Assembly: GCF_009914755.1 (NCBI RefSeq)
Contig: NC_060929.1
Length of the DNA stretch: 64,000 nucleotides
Direction: 5' to 3' (one strand)
Origin: the human T2T-CHM13v2.0 reference genome, Homo sapiens
A program made the position numbers and the translations under genes. The notes under the pieces are model-generated. The model worked only from the letters and a program-made list of their open reading frames with translations, was not told the DNA's origin and searched no databases. Below are positions 1 to 24,461 of this stretch, piece by piece. Each line of letters starts with the position of its first letter. The stretch's first letter is position 1.

Positions 1-640
1 AAGAATAATTACAGAACTCATCATGAGCATATCTGTACTACAAGAAATGCTAATGGAAAAGGAAATAACATCAGATGGAAATTCAGATCTTTACGAAGTA
101 GGGGCATACAAAATTAAAAATATCTCAGTAAATACTAAAGATTATTTTTTCTCAATTATTTTGAAATACATACAACAGTTTAAAACAAAACATTGTCTAT
201 TGGGGTTTATTATATCTCTTGACAGAATACATATGAAAGCTATATCATAAAATGCAGGGTATGGTGAGTAGTAAATGGACCTATACAGTCTATAAAAATT
301 TGAGTATGTATGTTTTAATACCTAGAGCAAGCACTAAAAAATGCAAAGACATATAGCTAAAAAGCCAAAAGATAAACCAAACTGTATAAGAATGTTCATA
401 GCGGCCTTATTCATAATAACACCAAACTCTAAATAGCCCAGGTGTCCAACAAATAGGGCATACACAAATTTTGGTACCTTCCTGCAATAAGAATACCACT
501 TAGCAATAGAAAAAAACAAAGTAACAGAATGGGTGAATTTCAAAACATGATGCTGAATGAAGACTTACACAAAAAAGTACACATTGTATCATTTCATTTA
601 TATGAAGTATTAGAACAGCCAAAACTAATTGATGGTGGGA
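1..640 (+). mobile_element. Old L1M (L1MC/ME-type) fragments
   Basis: Decayed L1 3' motifs (aagaatgttcatagcggccttattcataataac...; tcaaaacatgatgctgaatgaa...catttatatgaag). Boundaries approximate. Confidence 0.5.
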
Positions 641-659
641 AAGTAGAGCAAAAACACCA

Positions 660-1000
660 AGACTAGAGTGTGCCTAACATATTCAAGGAGTTATGAGGAG
701 GCCAGTGGAGCTGAAGAATAGAAAGCAGACGAGAGTAGTGGAAGAGCTCATCATAGAGGAAAAAGGGATTGGTCAAAGGGAAGGACCAGATCTTGTGGGT
801 CATTGTTAAGACTTTTTACTCTGAATGAAATGGGGTCTTTTGGGGGGCTTTGAATAGAGGAGAGACATGATCTGATTTACATTTTTCAGGGATCATATAG
901 CTGCTCCAAGAATGGACTGTAGGGGGTCAGTAAAGGAAAAGGGAGACAATTGGGAGACTATTACATTTATCCACATGAATGATGAAGATGGCTTGAATGT
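660..1000 (-). mobile_element. L2 LINE fragment
   Basis: Antisense L2 motifs ggaggccagtggagctgaag, gacatgatctgatttacattt, gatgaagatggcttgaa. Confidence 0.55.
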
Positions 1001-1389
1001 ACAAAGAGCTCAGAATGGTGCCTGGTACTCAGTAGATTTTATCTGCTGATGTTATTTAAATTCCAAATAATCAGGTTAGTTTTTAGTCATTGAATGTTTA
1101 AAAATATTCAGATATTATAATTTTAATTTTCAAGAAATATTTATTTTATGATTGCTTATTTTCCATGCTGGAATGCTACTTTATGTTTGCAATATTTTCA
1201 CAAATTTATCTTTTCTTTTGTTTCCTGAATTATCTCTTTCCTCCAAAGTTGGTTATTCTGTTTATTATTATACTTTTCTTTCATTTTCTTGGTTTTCTGC
1301 AAGTGTCTAGTAATCCTAGGTTTTCTGCTCACATTTTTATAAAATGGGTATGTTGATTAGTTTATTCATAATTAGAATGCTTTTGCTTC

Positions 1390-1585
1390 TGATACTTTAT
1401 TATAAAAATTTACAAGCATACAGGAAGTTAAAAAAATAGTGCAGTGAACACATGTATCTCTATCACCTAGATGCTACTGTCAACATTTCATGATATACTT
1501 GCTTTATCACTTATCCATCTATCTATTCATCCCTCTCTCTAGCCATTAATTTGTCTTTTTAAAAATACATTTCAAAGTAAATCAT
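1390..1585 (-). mobile_element. Old L1M 3'-end fragment
   Basis: ttataaaaatttacaagcatacaggaagtt...gtgaacacatgtatctctatcacctagat resembles L1MC/ME 3' ends. Confidence 0.45.
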
Positions 1586-1894
1586 GACTGACTCTTCCTG
1601 TCATTGTATAAGTGGAGGTATGTTATCTGAACAGGAGGAAAGAACATGGGTCTTGGTCAGCAGATCAGGCTTTTCAGTAGTCACAATTCCCTTTAGGATA
1701 TAGGGGTGGAAAATAGACAGGCAAGCCATGGTCTCCCGTGTCCAACAGAATAATTTTATTTTTGGGAAGGACAGTGTCACTCCTGGTATACCTTTCCTCC
1801 TCTCATCTGCCTCCCGCCTTTATATCTTTTTCAAAGGCACTGTGTAACCTCAAGGTAGTCTGCAACATTTCTCTCTTATATCATGTATTTGTTA

Positions 1895-2660
1895 AGAGGT
1901 TAAAATTTAGCAGTTTGTAATAGAACACTCCAAATAACAGCAGCTTAAACAAGACAGGAGTTATTTCTTATGAGTGTACGTACTCCAGACTAGTTTTATG
2001 GCTCCACAATCATCAATGGCCCAGATTTCTACTTTTTTGTTGTTCTGTCAAACTTAGTATGTGCCATCAACATCTGGCCCAGCGTGACTGCTCCAGCTCC
2101 AGCCGATAGGCTCACATTCCAGTCAGAAGGAAGAGGAAAATTTTCCTTTAAGAATTTCTCAGAAGTTGTTAACACCACTTTTGTTTACATCTTAGTGGTC
2201 ACTTGCTTCACAATGGAGATAAATTCTGAGAAGTGCAAAATTAGGTAATTTTGTCATTGTGTGAACATCATATAGTTATGCAAACCTAGAGGGTATAGTC
2301 TACTACACACCTAGGTTATGTGGTACAGCCTATTACTCATAGGCTACAAGCCTGCGCAGCATGTGACTGTACTGAATACTGTAGGTAATTGTAACACAAT
2401 GGTATTTGTGTAACTAAACACATCTAAACATAGAGAGGGTTCAGTAAAAATAAGGCATTATAATCTTATGGGACCATTGTTGTATATATGTTTTGTTGGT
2501 GACTGAAATATCATTATGTGGTACATGACTATACTTAGATATACAGTCACACTTAGCTACCATGCTACTAAGTACTGGGAATTGGGATTGATTCTGGGTG
2601 ACCATGTGCTTCACAAAAACAATGAGAATGGATGTTGAGGGTACAATGGGCAGTCTTTGC
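1895..2660 (-). mobile_element. MLT1 (J/K-like) MaLR LTR remnant, split by Tigger3a
   Basis: aataacagcagcttaaacaag, gactgctccagctccagcc, cacattccagtcagaagg; MLT1-like sequence resumes after 2535. Confidence 0.55.
2194..2531. mobile_element. Tigger3a (MER7A) non-autonomous DNA transposon
   Basis: Matches remembered consensus throughout (ttctgagaagtg...aacctagagggtatagtctactacacacctagg...ttataatcttatgggacca...catgacta). Confidence 0.85.
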
Positions 2661-3342
2661 TTTAGGCCTCAATACCCACATGATTTCCCAGAAGTCATTT
2701 CCCAGGTGGATTAGCATCTTTCTATAGGGACTCACTCTCAGCATGCTACCCTGGGGCAAAAGATTCCAGCCACACTACATCCAAGCTCAGCAGAAACAGT
2801 TGTTTCTGTTCAGTCGACCATCTTGAACCAGAAGCTTCCTTATGTGATTTTCAAAGTTCTGTGGAACTGCTTCAGATATTTGATAAGAAAGCAAATTTAT
2901 ACCATGTAAATAGCCTTCTTAACCTTTATATCTGGCTTGTATTTTGGGTTTCCTGGAATAATAATTCATCTGAAGAAAGGATTACCCTCCTCTGCAGATA
3001 GCAAATGCTTCCTGACTGGCAACTGTCAGCAAACTCTGCCTTTCCTCCCTGCAGTCCTGGGTCCACTGTGGACCCAGTTCAACTGCAGTGACCCATTGAC
3101 TTCATTCCTGTTGTTATTCTGAAGACTTCCTGGCACATCAGCAGTTACCTGCATAAAGAAAAACCTTCTCAAGCCTTTTTTTTTTCCCATTTGGCTTCAG
3201 TGATAACCAATTCAGCTTGTAGATGTTATTGCCTAAGGTAAAACATCTTGAGCCTATGTAATTCTTAGCTGTATCTGTGCTTACTAGGACAGAGCCAAAC
3301 ACAGTATACAGTACAACACAATTGAGTTTGCAGTAACTTTAT

Positions 3343-3532
3343 CTTTTTAAAAATTTTCTTATATTTATTTTATTTTTTTTTTAGAGACAGGGTCTCACTC
3401 TGTCTCCCAGACTGGAGTACAGTGGCACAATCATAGCTCACTGCAACCTCGCACTCCTGGGGTCAAGTGATCCTCTCACCTTAGCCTCCGAAAGTGCTGG
3501 AATTACAGGTGTGCACCACTACACCCAGTCAC
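3343..3532 (-). mobile_element. Monomeric Alu (FRAM/AluJ-derived) with 12-bp TSD
   Basis: T-rich tail then a single Alu monomer; TSD cagtaactttat at 3331-3342 and 3533-3544. Confidence 0.85.
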
Positions 3533-4401
3533 CAGTAACTTTATTTTTTGTAACTGATTTCATCTTGTTCCGTAGTTCTCATTTGCACTGATGGCAGATT
3601 TTTTAAAAATCCCTAACTTTATCAACTGAAGCTAATCTTTTCCAGTTTTAAATTATTGATTTCTGCCAAATGTTAATACAATGGCCAAACTGTTAATGAG
3701 GAATATGTATCACCTGACATTTGACCCTCTTCTACCTCTTGTTTCCTGAGGTAGTTTTAGTTGTAGGGGAAACTTTAATATCCTCATGGAGCTGGGACAA
3801 GAGGCCTCTATCCATGTGCTGACCTCTTGGTTCCTGTTGGACTTCACTGAGATGACGTTCATCCTGCTGGTTACTGGGAATCTTAGTAGGGTCTACTGAA
3901 ATATGGCTTGGTCAGTCTCATCTGGTCTTTTGGTCATTGTCCTAGTATTCCTCAGTACTGTCTGGCAACACTGTCATTTATTGTGAGATATGAGGTTAGT
4001 TTTGTCTATGATTTTTTTTTAATGACTTAGTCCTGGGACCGAGAAACTCAGAGATAGAATACTTTCAACAATACATTGCAACTGTGTTCAAGGTGCATTA
4101 TTCATTCTTTTTTAACATTTTATTTTTATTTTTATTTCAATAGGGTTTTGGGGAACAGGTGGTGTTTGGTTACATGAATAAGCTCTTTTTTTTTTAAATT
4201 ATACTTTAAGTTCTAGAGTACATGTGCACAACGTGCAGGTTTGTTACATAGTTATACATGTGCCATGTTGGTTTGCTGCACCCATCAACTCATCATTTAC
4301 GTTAGGCATTTCTCCTAATGCTATCCCTCCCTCAGCTCCCCACCCCCTGACAGGCCCTGGTGTGTGATGTTCCCAGCCCTGTGTCCAAGTGTTCTCATTG
4401 T

Positions 4402-8547
<4,146 letters not shown>

Positions 8548-8610
8548 TATGATGTTAGCTGGTTATTTTGCCCATTAATTGATGCAGTTTCTTCATAGCC
8601 TTGATGGTCT

Positions 8611-9635
8611 TTACAATTTGGCATGTTTTTGCACTGGCTGGTACCAGTTGTTCCTTTCCATGTTTAGTGCTTCCTTCAGGAGCTCTTGTAAGGCAGGCCT
8701 GGTGGTGACAAAATCTCTCAGCATTTGCTTGTGTGTGAAGGATTTTATTTCTCCTTTACTTAAGAAGCTTAGTTTGGCTGGATATGAAATTTTGGGTTGA
8801 AAATTCTTTTTTTTAAGCATGTTGAATATTGACCCCCCACTCTCTTCTGGCTTGTAGAGTTTCTGCCGAGAGATCTGCTGTTAGTCTGATGGGTTTCCCT
8901 TTGTGTGTAACCTGACCTTTCTCCTGGCTGTCCTTAACACTGTTTCCTTCATTTCAACCTTGGTGAATCTGATGATTATGTGTCTTGGGGTTGCTATTCT
9001 AGAGGAGTATCTTTGTGGTGTTGTCAGTATTTCCTGAATTTGAATGTTGGCCTGCCTTGATAGGTTGGGGAAGTTCTCCTGGATAATATCCTGAAGAGTG
9101 TTTTCCAACTTGTTTCCATTCTCCCCGTCACTTTCAGGGACACCAATCAAATGTAGATTTGGTCTTTTCACATAGTCCCATATTTCTTGGAGGCTTTGTT
9201 CATTTCTTTTTAGTCTCTTTTCTCTAAACTTCTCTTCTTGCTTTATTTCATTAATTTGATCTTCAATCACTGATACCCTTTCTTCCATTTGATCAAATTG
9301 GCTATTGAAGCTTGTACATGTGTCACAAAGTTCTCATGCCCTGGTTTTCAGCTCCATCAGTTCATTTAAGGTCTTCTCTACACTGTCTATTCTAGTTAGC
9401 CATTCGTCTAATCTTTTTTCAAGGTTTTTAGCTTCCTTGCAATGGGTTTGATCATGCCCCTTTAGCTCAGAGAAGTTTGTTTTTACCAACCTTCTGAAGC
9501 CTACTTCTGTCAACTCGTCAAAGTCATTCTCCGTCCAGCTTTGTTCTGTTGCAGGCAAGGAGCTGTGATCCTTTGGAGGAGAAGGGGTGCTTGGCTTTTA
9601 GAATTTTCAGCTTTTCTGCTCTGGTTTCCCCCCAT
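8611..9635 (-). pseudogene. Disrupted L1 ORF1 (p40)
   Basis: Fragments PATEQSWTENDFDEL, NEQSLQEIWDYVKRPNL, ISYPAKLSF, ALNMERNNWYQP; broken by stops and frameshifts. Confidence 0.92.
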
Positions 9636-12600
9636 CTTTGTGGTTTTATCTACCTTTAGTCTTTGATGTTGGTGACCTACAGATGGGGTTTTGGTGTGGA
9701 TGTCCTTTTTGTTGATGTTGATGCTATTCCCTTCTGTTTGTTAGTTTTCCTTCTAACAGTCAGGTCCCTCAGCTGCAGGTCTGTTGGAGGTCCACTCCAG
9801 ACCCTTTTTGCCTGGATATCACCAGTGGAGGCTGCAGAACAGCAAATATTGCTGCCTGATCCTTCCTCAGGAAGCATCATCCCAGAGGGGCACCTGCCTG
9901 TATGAGGTGTCTGTCGGCCCCTCCTGGGAGGTGTCTCCCAGTTAGGCTACATGGGGGTCAGGGACCCACTTGAGGAGGCAGTCTGTCTGTTCTCAGAGCT
10001 CAAACACCATGCTGGGGGAACCACTGCTCTCTTCAGAGCTGTCAGACGGGGACGTTTAAGTCTGCAGAATTTTCTGCTGCCTTTTGTTCAGCTATGCCCT
10101 GTCCCCAGAGGCGGAGTCTACAGGGACAGTAGGCCTTGCTGAGCTGCAGTGGGCTCTGCCCAGTTCAAGCTTCCTGGCCACTTTGTTTACCTACTTAAGC
10201 CTCAGCAATAGTGGATGCCCCTCCCCCAGCCAGACTGCTACCTTGCAGGTCTATCTCAGACTGCTGCACTAGCAGTGAGCAAGGCTCCATGGGCATGGGA
10301 CCCACCGAGCCAGGCACGGGATAGAATCTTCTGGTCTTCTGGTTCCTAAGACTGTTGGAAAAGTGCAGTATTTGGGTGGAAGTGTCCCATTTTTCCAGGT
10401 ACAGTCTGTTGTGGCTTCCCTTGGCTAGGAAAGGGAAATTCCCCAACCCCTTGTGCTTTCTGGGTGAGGCAATGCCCCGCCCTGCTTTGGCTTACCCTCC
10501 GTGAGCTGCACCCACTGTCCAACCAGTCCCAATGAGATGAAACAGTTACCTCAGTTGGAAATGCAGAAATCACCTGTCTTCTGCATTGATCATGCTGGGA
10601 GCTGCAGACCAGAGCTCTTCCTATTCGGCTGTCTTGGAGCCATGAATAAGTTCTTTTGTGGTGATTTCTGAGGTTTTAGTGCACCCATCACCCAAACAGT
10701 GTACACTGTACCCAATGTGTTGTCTTTTATCCCTCACCCCCTGCCCACTCTTTTCCCTGAGTCCCCAAATTCCATTGTATGATTCTTAGGCCTTGATGTC
10801 CTCATAGCTTAGCTCCCACTTATGAGTGAGAACATCAATGTTTGGTTTTCCATTCCTCAGTTATGTCACTTAGAATAATCATCTCCAATTCCATCCAGGT
10901 TGCTGTAAATGCCATTATTTCATTCCTTTTTATGGCTGAGTAGTATTTCATGGCATATATATACCACATTTTCTTTATCCTCTTGTTGATTGGTGGGCAT
11001 TTCGGCTGGTTTTATATTTTTGCAATTGTGAATTGTGCTGCTATAAACATGCATGTCCAAGCATGTTTTTCATGGAATGACTTCTTTTCTTCTGGATAGA
11101 TACCCAGGAGTAGGATTGCTGGATCAAATGGTAGAGCTACTTTTAGTTCTCTAAGGAATCTCCACACTGTTTTCCATAGTCGCTGTACTAGTTTACATTC
11201 CTATCAACAATGTAAAAGTGTTCCCTTTCACCACATCCACTCCAACATCTATTATTATTTGATTTTTTGATTATGGTCATTCTTGCAATAGTAAGGTGAT
11301 ATTGCATTGTAGTTTTGATTTGCATTTCCCTGATCATTAGCGATGTTGAGCATTTTCTCATATGTTTGTTGGCCATTTGTGTATCTTCTTTTGAGAATTG
11401 TCTATTCATGTCCTCAGCCCACTTTTTGATGGGATTGTTTGTTTTGTTCTTGCTGATTTGTTTGAGTTATTTGTAGATTCTAGATATTAGTCCTTTGTCA
11501 GACATATAGATTGCAAAGATTCTCTCCCACTCTGTGGGTTCTCTGTTTGCACTGCTGATTATTTCTTTTGCTGTGTAGAAGCTTTTTCGTTTAATTAAAT
11601 CCCATCTATTTATCTTTGTTTTTGTTGTTGCATTTGCTTTTGAGTTCTTGGTCATGAAGTCTTTGCCTAAGCCAATCTCTAGAAGAGTTTTTCTGAGGTT
11701 AACTTCTATAGTTTTTATGGTTTCTGGTCTTAGATTTAAGTCTCTGGTCCACCTTAAGTTGATTTTTGTATAAGGTGAGAGGTGAGGATCCAGTTTCTTT
11801 CTTCTACATGTGGCTTGCCAATTATCTCAGCACCATTTGTTGAATAGGATGTACTTTCCCCACTTCATGTTTTTGTTTGCTTTGTTGAAAACCAGTTGGC
11901 TCTAAGTATTCGGCTTTATTTCTGGTTTCTCTATTTTGTTCCATTGGTCTATGTGCCTATTTTTATACCAGTACCATGCTGTTTCGGTGACTACACTCTT
12001 ACAGTATAGTTCAAAGTCAGGTAATGGGATGACTCCAAATTTGTTCTTTTTGCTTAGCCTCACTTTGGCTATGCAGGCTCTTTTTGGTTCCATATGAATT
12101 TTAGGATTTTTTTTTCTAGTTCTGTGAAGAATGATGGTGGTATTTTGATGGGAATTGAACTGAATTTGTAGATTGCTTTTGGCAGTATGGTCATTTTTAC
12201 AATATTGATTCTGCTCATCCATGAGCATGGGATGGGATGTGTTTCCATTTGTTTGTGTTGTCTATGATTTATTTCAGCAGTGTTTTGTAGTTTTCCTCGT
12301 GGAGGTCTTTCACATCCTTGGTTAGGTATAGTCCTAAGTATTTTGGGTTTTTTTTGCAGCTGTTGTAAAAGGAGTTGAGCTCTTCTTTTGATTCTCAGCT
12401 TCATTGCTGTTAATTTATAGCAGATCTACTGATTTGTGTACATTAATTTTGTATCTGGAAATTTTGCTGAATTCATTTACCAGTCCTAGTAGCTTTTTGG
12501 ATGAGTCTTTAGGGTTTTCTAGTTATACAATCATGTCATCAGCAAACAGAGACAGTTTCACTTCCTTTTTACCAATTTGGATGCCCAGTATTTATTTTTC

Positions 12601-15600
12601 TTCCCTGATTGCTCTGGCAAGGACTTCCAGTACTATGTTGAATAGAAGTGGTGGAAGTGGGCATCCTTGTCTTGTTCAAATTCTCCGACGGAACACTTTG
12701 AGCTTTTCCCCATTCAGTATAATGTTGGCTGCATGTTTGTCATAGATACCTTTTAGTACCTTAGGGTATGTCCCTTCTATGCTGATTTTTCTGAGGGTTT
12801 TAATCATAAAGGGATGCTGGATTTTGTCAAATGCTTTTTCAGCATCTATTGAGATGATCATGTGATTTTTGTTTTAAATTCTGTTTATGCAGTGTATCAT
12901 GTTTATTGACTTGTGTATGTTAAACTAACCCTGTATCCCTGGTATGAAACCCACTCGATCATGGTAGATTATCTTTTTAATATGCTGTTGGATTTGGTTA
13001 GCTAGTATTTTGTTTAGGATTTTTGCATCTATGTTCATCAGGGATATTGGTCTGTACTTTTCTTTTTTTGTTATGTTCTTTCCTGGTTTTGGTATTAGGG
13101 CAATACTGACTTCATAGAATCATTTAAGGAAGATTCCCTCTTTCTCTATCTTATGGAATAGTGTCAATAAGATTGGTACCAATTCTTCTTTGAATGTCTG
13201 ATAGAATTCAGCTGTGACTCTGTCTGGTCCTGGACATTTTTTTGGTTGGCAGATTTTTTATTACCATTTCAATCTCACTGCTTGTTGTTGGTATGTTTCT
13301 GTTTCTTCCTGATTTAATCTAGGAGGGATGTATATTTCCAGGAATTTATCCATCTCCTCTAGGTTTTCTACTTTATGCACATAAAGGTGTTCAGAGTATC
13401 CTTGAATGATCTTTTATATTTCTGTAGTATTGGTTGTAATGTCTCCCATTTCATTTCTAATTGACTTTATTTGGATCTTTTTGCTTCTTTTCTTGGTTAA
13501 TCTGACTAATGGTCTACCAATTTTATTTATCTTTTCAAAGGGCCAGCTTTTTCTTTCATTTATCTATTGTATCTTTTTTTATTTGTTTCAATTTCATTTA
13601 GTTCTGCTCTGATGTTTGTTATTTCTTTTCTTCTTCTGGGTTTGAGTTGGGTTTGTTCTTGTTTCTCTGTTTCCTTGAGGTGTGACCTTAGATTGTCTAT
13701 TTGTGCTCTTTCAGACTTCTTGATGTAGGCATTTAATGCTATGAACTTTCCTCTTAGCACCACTTTTGCTTTATCCCAGAGGTTTTGATAAGTTGTGCCA
13801 CCATTATTGTTCAGCTCAAAGAACTTTTTAATTTCCATCTTGATATCTTTGTTGACCCAGTGATCATTCAGGAGCAGGTTATTTAATTTCCATGTACTTG
13901 CATGGTTTTAAAGGTTTCTTTTGGAGTTGATTTTCAATTTTATTCCACTGTGGTCTGAGAGAGTACTTGATATAACCTATTTTCTTAAATTTGTTGAGAC
14001 TTGTTTTGTGGCCTATCATATGGTCTATTTTAGAGAATGTTCCATGTGCCAATGAATAGAATGTGTATTCTGCAGTTGTTGGGTAGAATGTTCTGTAAAT
14101 ATCTGTTAAGTCCATTTGTTCTAGGGTATAGTTTAAGTCCATTATTTCTTTGTTGACTTTCTGTCCTGAGGACCTGTCTAGTGCTCTCAGTGGTGTATTA
14201 AGTCCCTCTCTATTATTGTGTTGCTGTCTATCTAATTTCTTAGGTCTAGTGGTAATTGTTTGATAAAGTTGGGAGCTCCAGTGTTAGGTGCGTATATATT
14301 TAGGATTGTGATATTTTCCTGTTGGACTAGTCCTTTTATCATTATATAATGTCCCTCTTTGACTTTTTTTTTTTAACTCCTTTTGCTTTAAAGTTTGTTT
14401 TTTCTGATATAAGAATAGCTACTCCTGCTCTTTTTTGGTGTCAATTTGCATGGAATATCTTTTTCCATCTCTTTACATTAAGTTTATGTGAGTCCTTATG
14501 TGTCTGGTGAGTTTCTTAAAGACACCAGATACTTGGTTTGTGAGTTCTTATCCATTCTGCCATTTTGTATCTTTTAAGTGGAGCATTTAGGCCATTTACA
14601 TTTAATGTTAATATTGAGATGCAAGGTACTATTCTATTCATCGTGCTATTATAACTGATGTGGAATATACTGGTTTTATAGTTTTCTATTAAAATTCAGG
14701 TGCTTTCTGGCATCACATTAGCAATGTTTGTCAGTGGTGGGTCTATGTACACGTTCTTTTAATTTGTGGTAAAAACATGTAACATAATATTTACCAACTT
14801 AACCTTTTTTTTACATTTATAATATTAAATGTATTTGTTTAGATACAACTATCCACTCACATACATTAGGGGAGTATATACATTACTTTTTTCACTTTCA
14901 AGTTTTCAAACATTATTTTTACTTAAATTCTGCAACAACTTTTTTATTTTAATATTGATACATAATATTTTACATATTCATGGGGTACATGTCATATTTT
15001 GTTACATGGATAGAACATGTAAGGATCAAGTCAGGGTATTTGGAGTTTCCATCACCTTGAGTATTTGTAATTTCTATGTGTTGGAAACAATTCATATCCT
15101 CTCTTCTAGCTATTCTGAAGTATACAATACATTGTTGCTAACTATACTCACCTTACTGTGCTATCCAACTTTAGAACGTATACCTTCTACCTAACTGTGT
15201 GTAAGGATTCACCAACTTCTCTTCATTCCCTCTTCCTGCCCACATACCCTTCCCAGTCTCTGTTATCACTCTACTCTCTACCTCCATGATATCAACTTTT
15301 TAAGCTCCCACATGTGAGTGAGAACATGCACTATTTGTATTTCTGTGCCTATCTTATTCCACTTAACACAAAATTTCCAGTTCTATCCATGTTGATGCAA
15401 TTGACAAGATTTCATTCTTTTTTTATGGGCCAATAGTATTCCATTGTGTATATATACCATATTTTCTTATGGCCAAATAGAATTCCATTGTGTATATATA
15501 TCACATTTTTTCCATTCATCTATTGATGGAAACTTAGGTAATTCCATATATTTGCTATTATAAATAATGATGTAATAAACATACAATGCAGGTATCCTTT

Positions 15601-15760
15601 AGATATACTGATTTCATTTCCTTTGGATGAATACCCAGTAGTGGGACTGCTGGATCATAAAGTAGTTCTATTTTTAGGATTTTGAGAAATCTCCATACTA
15701 TTTTCCATAGAGGTTGTACTAATTTACATTCTCACCAACATGTATAAGAGTTCTCTTTTC

Positions 15761-21572
<5,812 letters not shown>

Positions 21573-21817
21573 AAATGTTCCCCTTTCCCCACATTCTTGC
21601 CAACATCTCGTTTTTCATCTTTTTAATAATAGTCATTATAACTGGGGTAAGACGATATCTCATTGTGGTTTTGATTTGCATTTCCCTGATGATTAGTGAT
21701 GTTGAGCATGTTTTCACATACCTGTTGGCCATTTGTATGTCTTCTTTTGAGAAATGTCTATTGATGTTCGCCCAATTTTTGATAGGATTATTTTTAATTA
21801 ATTTATTAATTTATTAA

Positions 21818-21978
<161 letters not shown>

Positions 21979-23191
21979 GGTCCCCAAGCATCTCCCTATG
22001 TTGGTTTTAGGGCCCACGTGGGTCAAAGGACTCTCCCTTGGCTTGGTTTGCAGTAGCCTGTGGTGGGAATGTGCACTGCTAGAGGTCTCTCACCCTTTTC
22101 CCAACCAGGAAGTCTCTCTGGGCTTCCAGTCAATCCTGGCTGAGCAGGCTGCCTCACTTCTCTCTCCTTCCTTATTCTAATGTTTCCTGACACTTCTCTG
22201 TTGAATTCCAGTATTCTCTCTTAGATCATTTATTTGAAGTGTGGTTATCTACTCGCTATGTTTGTTCTTCTTTGTGGAAGAGGTGAGTAGCAAAGTAGCT
22301 AGTCAGCCATCTTGAAGCTGCTTTCTCAGCAATCTCTCCCAACCATGTTGAAGTATACAGTTTAGGGGTATTCACATTCTTGTGAAACAGATCTCCAGAA
22401 CTTTGTCATCTTATAAATCTGAAACTCTATACCCTTTGAACAACCATTCCCCTTTTCCTCCTCCCCCACCCCCTGGTAACCGCCAATCTAATTTCTGCTT
22501 CTCTGCATTTGACTACTTTAGATACCTCATGTAAGCGGAATCGCACGTTATTTGTCTTTTAGGGACTGGCTTATTTAACTTAGCATAATGTGATCAAGGT
22601 TCATCCATGTCGCAGCATATGACAGAAATTCATTTCTTTTTAAGGCTGAATACAGCTGTTTTCTTTTCCATGAAACATTTCAATTATAAAGGGAGGTATT
22701 AAAAAATCTTAAATTTTTTTTACAGTAACGAATGATAATTATGAACTACCTGAAACTTTCTTTGACCCAGGTATATATAAACTGGGGTAATAGGACATTA
22801 TGAGTAGGCACATCTTGTTAAACAAAACAAGTGATTTCTTTTTTCCATTCTTTGGTTAGTAGTTCTATAATAGTGTTTGGTAGAGATGACAAAAATATAA
22901 AATATCTGAAATAGACAATATTCTTTATAATTTATTTAAAAATTATTTCATACTGTTTTCACATAGTAACTGCTAAACCAATAATAAAATAGATATCTCT
23001 ATATAATTACATAAAAATACAATTAAGCAGAACACAGAAGGAAGATCATACTTTATAGGAAGATAATATTTTTGTAATAAGCATATGGGGAGATATAAAC
23101 TGTTAGGCTTCATTCCTGTTGTTAACTCACACAAATGTGAGAAACAAAAACTGCTTTGAAATACCACTTCTTATTATACTTAAAAAAACAT

Positions 23192-23500
<309 letters not shown>

Positions 23501-24461
23501 AAAAAAACATATTGAGTATAAAGTCAAAATAATCTGATAAATCAATGACTTGTCACCTAATACTCTCAATTATAAACTTTATTGCACTTATGGCTATAAT
23601 AATTTCACTGAACAAGCACAGAATAGAATTCAACTGCAAGGCCTCTTTCTCTCCTACTTTTATCTTCCTTTAAACTCATCCCATTTTCCCCTTACTATAC
23701 TTCCTTTCTTTCAAAAGGGAGCCACAGAAAAGATTTTTTCTGGAGGAGCAAAATTACTTCCCAGGATTAATACAGGAATATACGAATTCAATAATAATAG
23801 CTTTAAAAGATGACGTTTAGATATATTAGAAGACAATCCAAATGTGAAATCCTGTAATTTTATAAGATGTTGTATCTAGTTTATTGGATTAATTTATTTT
23901 TAACTTTCCATTTTTGCATCTTGTCTAATGAAGCACAGTTATGCAGATTTAGTACACAGACCACCACTTAGCTGAAGGAATAAAGTCAACTGTTGCCTTA
24001 TGTTGATTGTTATAGTAACCTGTTTAAAGATCAGATTAGATGGAATGTCCAGTTCTCATAAAATTTTCCTACCATTTTCTAAATGGTCTTCATAGAATTT
24101 TTAGAAATTACTTCAACCAAATCTTAAAAACACTTGGTTTATGATTATACTGGCCAACTAAAGTACATTTTTTAAAAATAAAATGTGTTATTTGGCAGGC
24201 AGCTGTCTACATGGCCATTTATGTATTTTTATTTAAAGAAAAAATGTAAGAGATTTCCTAATGTGGCCTCCTCTGCACCCCAAGCTTTTACTCTTTGAAA
24301 AATGCATGAGTACTTTCCTTTGGAAATCATGTAGCCTACACATATTTTATAAAAATCACAGAATGTGGGAGTATGGACAATTTATTATATATCTGAGAAC
24401 ATCAGAAAACATGAAGTTTGATGTCATATGGTCTAAAATAGCCCATGATGTAAGGCTTCTG

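Noticed and set aside
3026-3165. Minus-strand acceptor-like ttttctttatgcAG followed by a 40-codon frame (VTADVPGSLQ...)
   Set aside because: No recognisable homology or partner exon; such motifs are frequent by chance.
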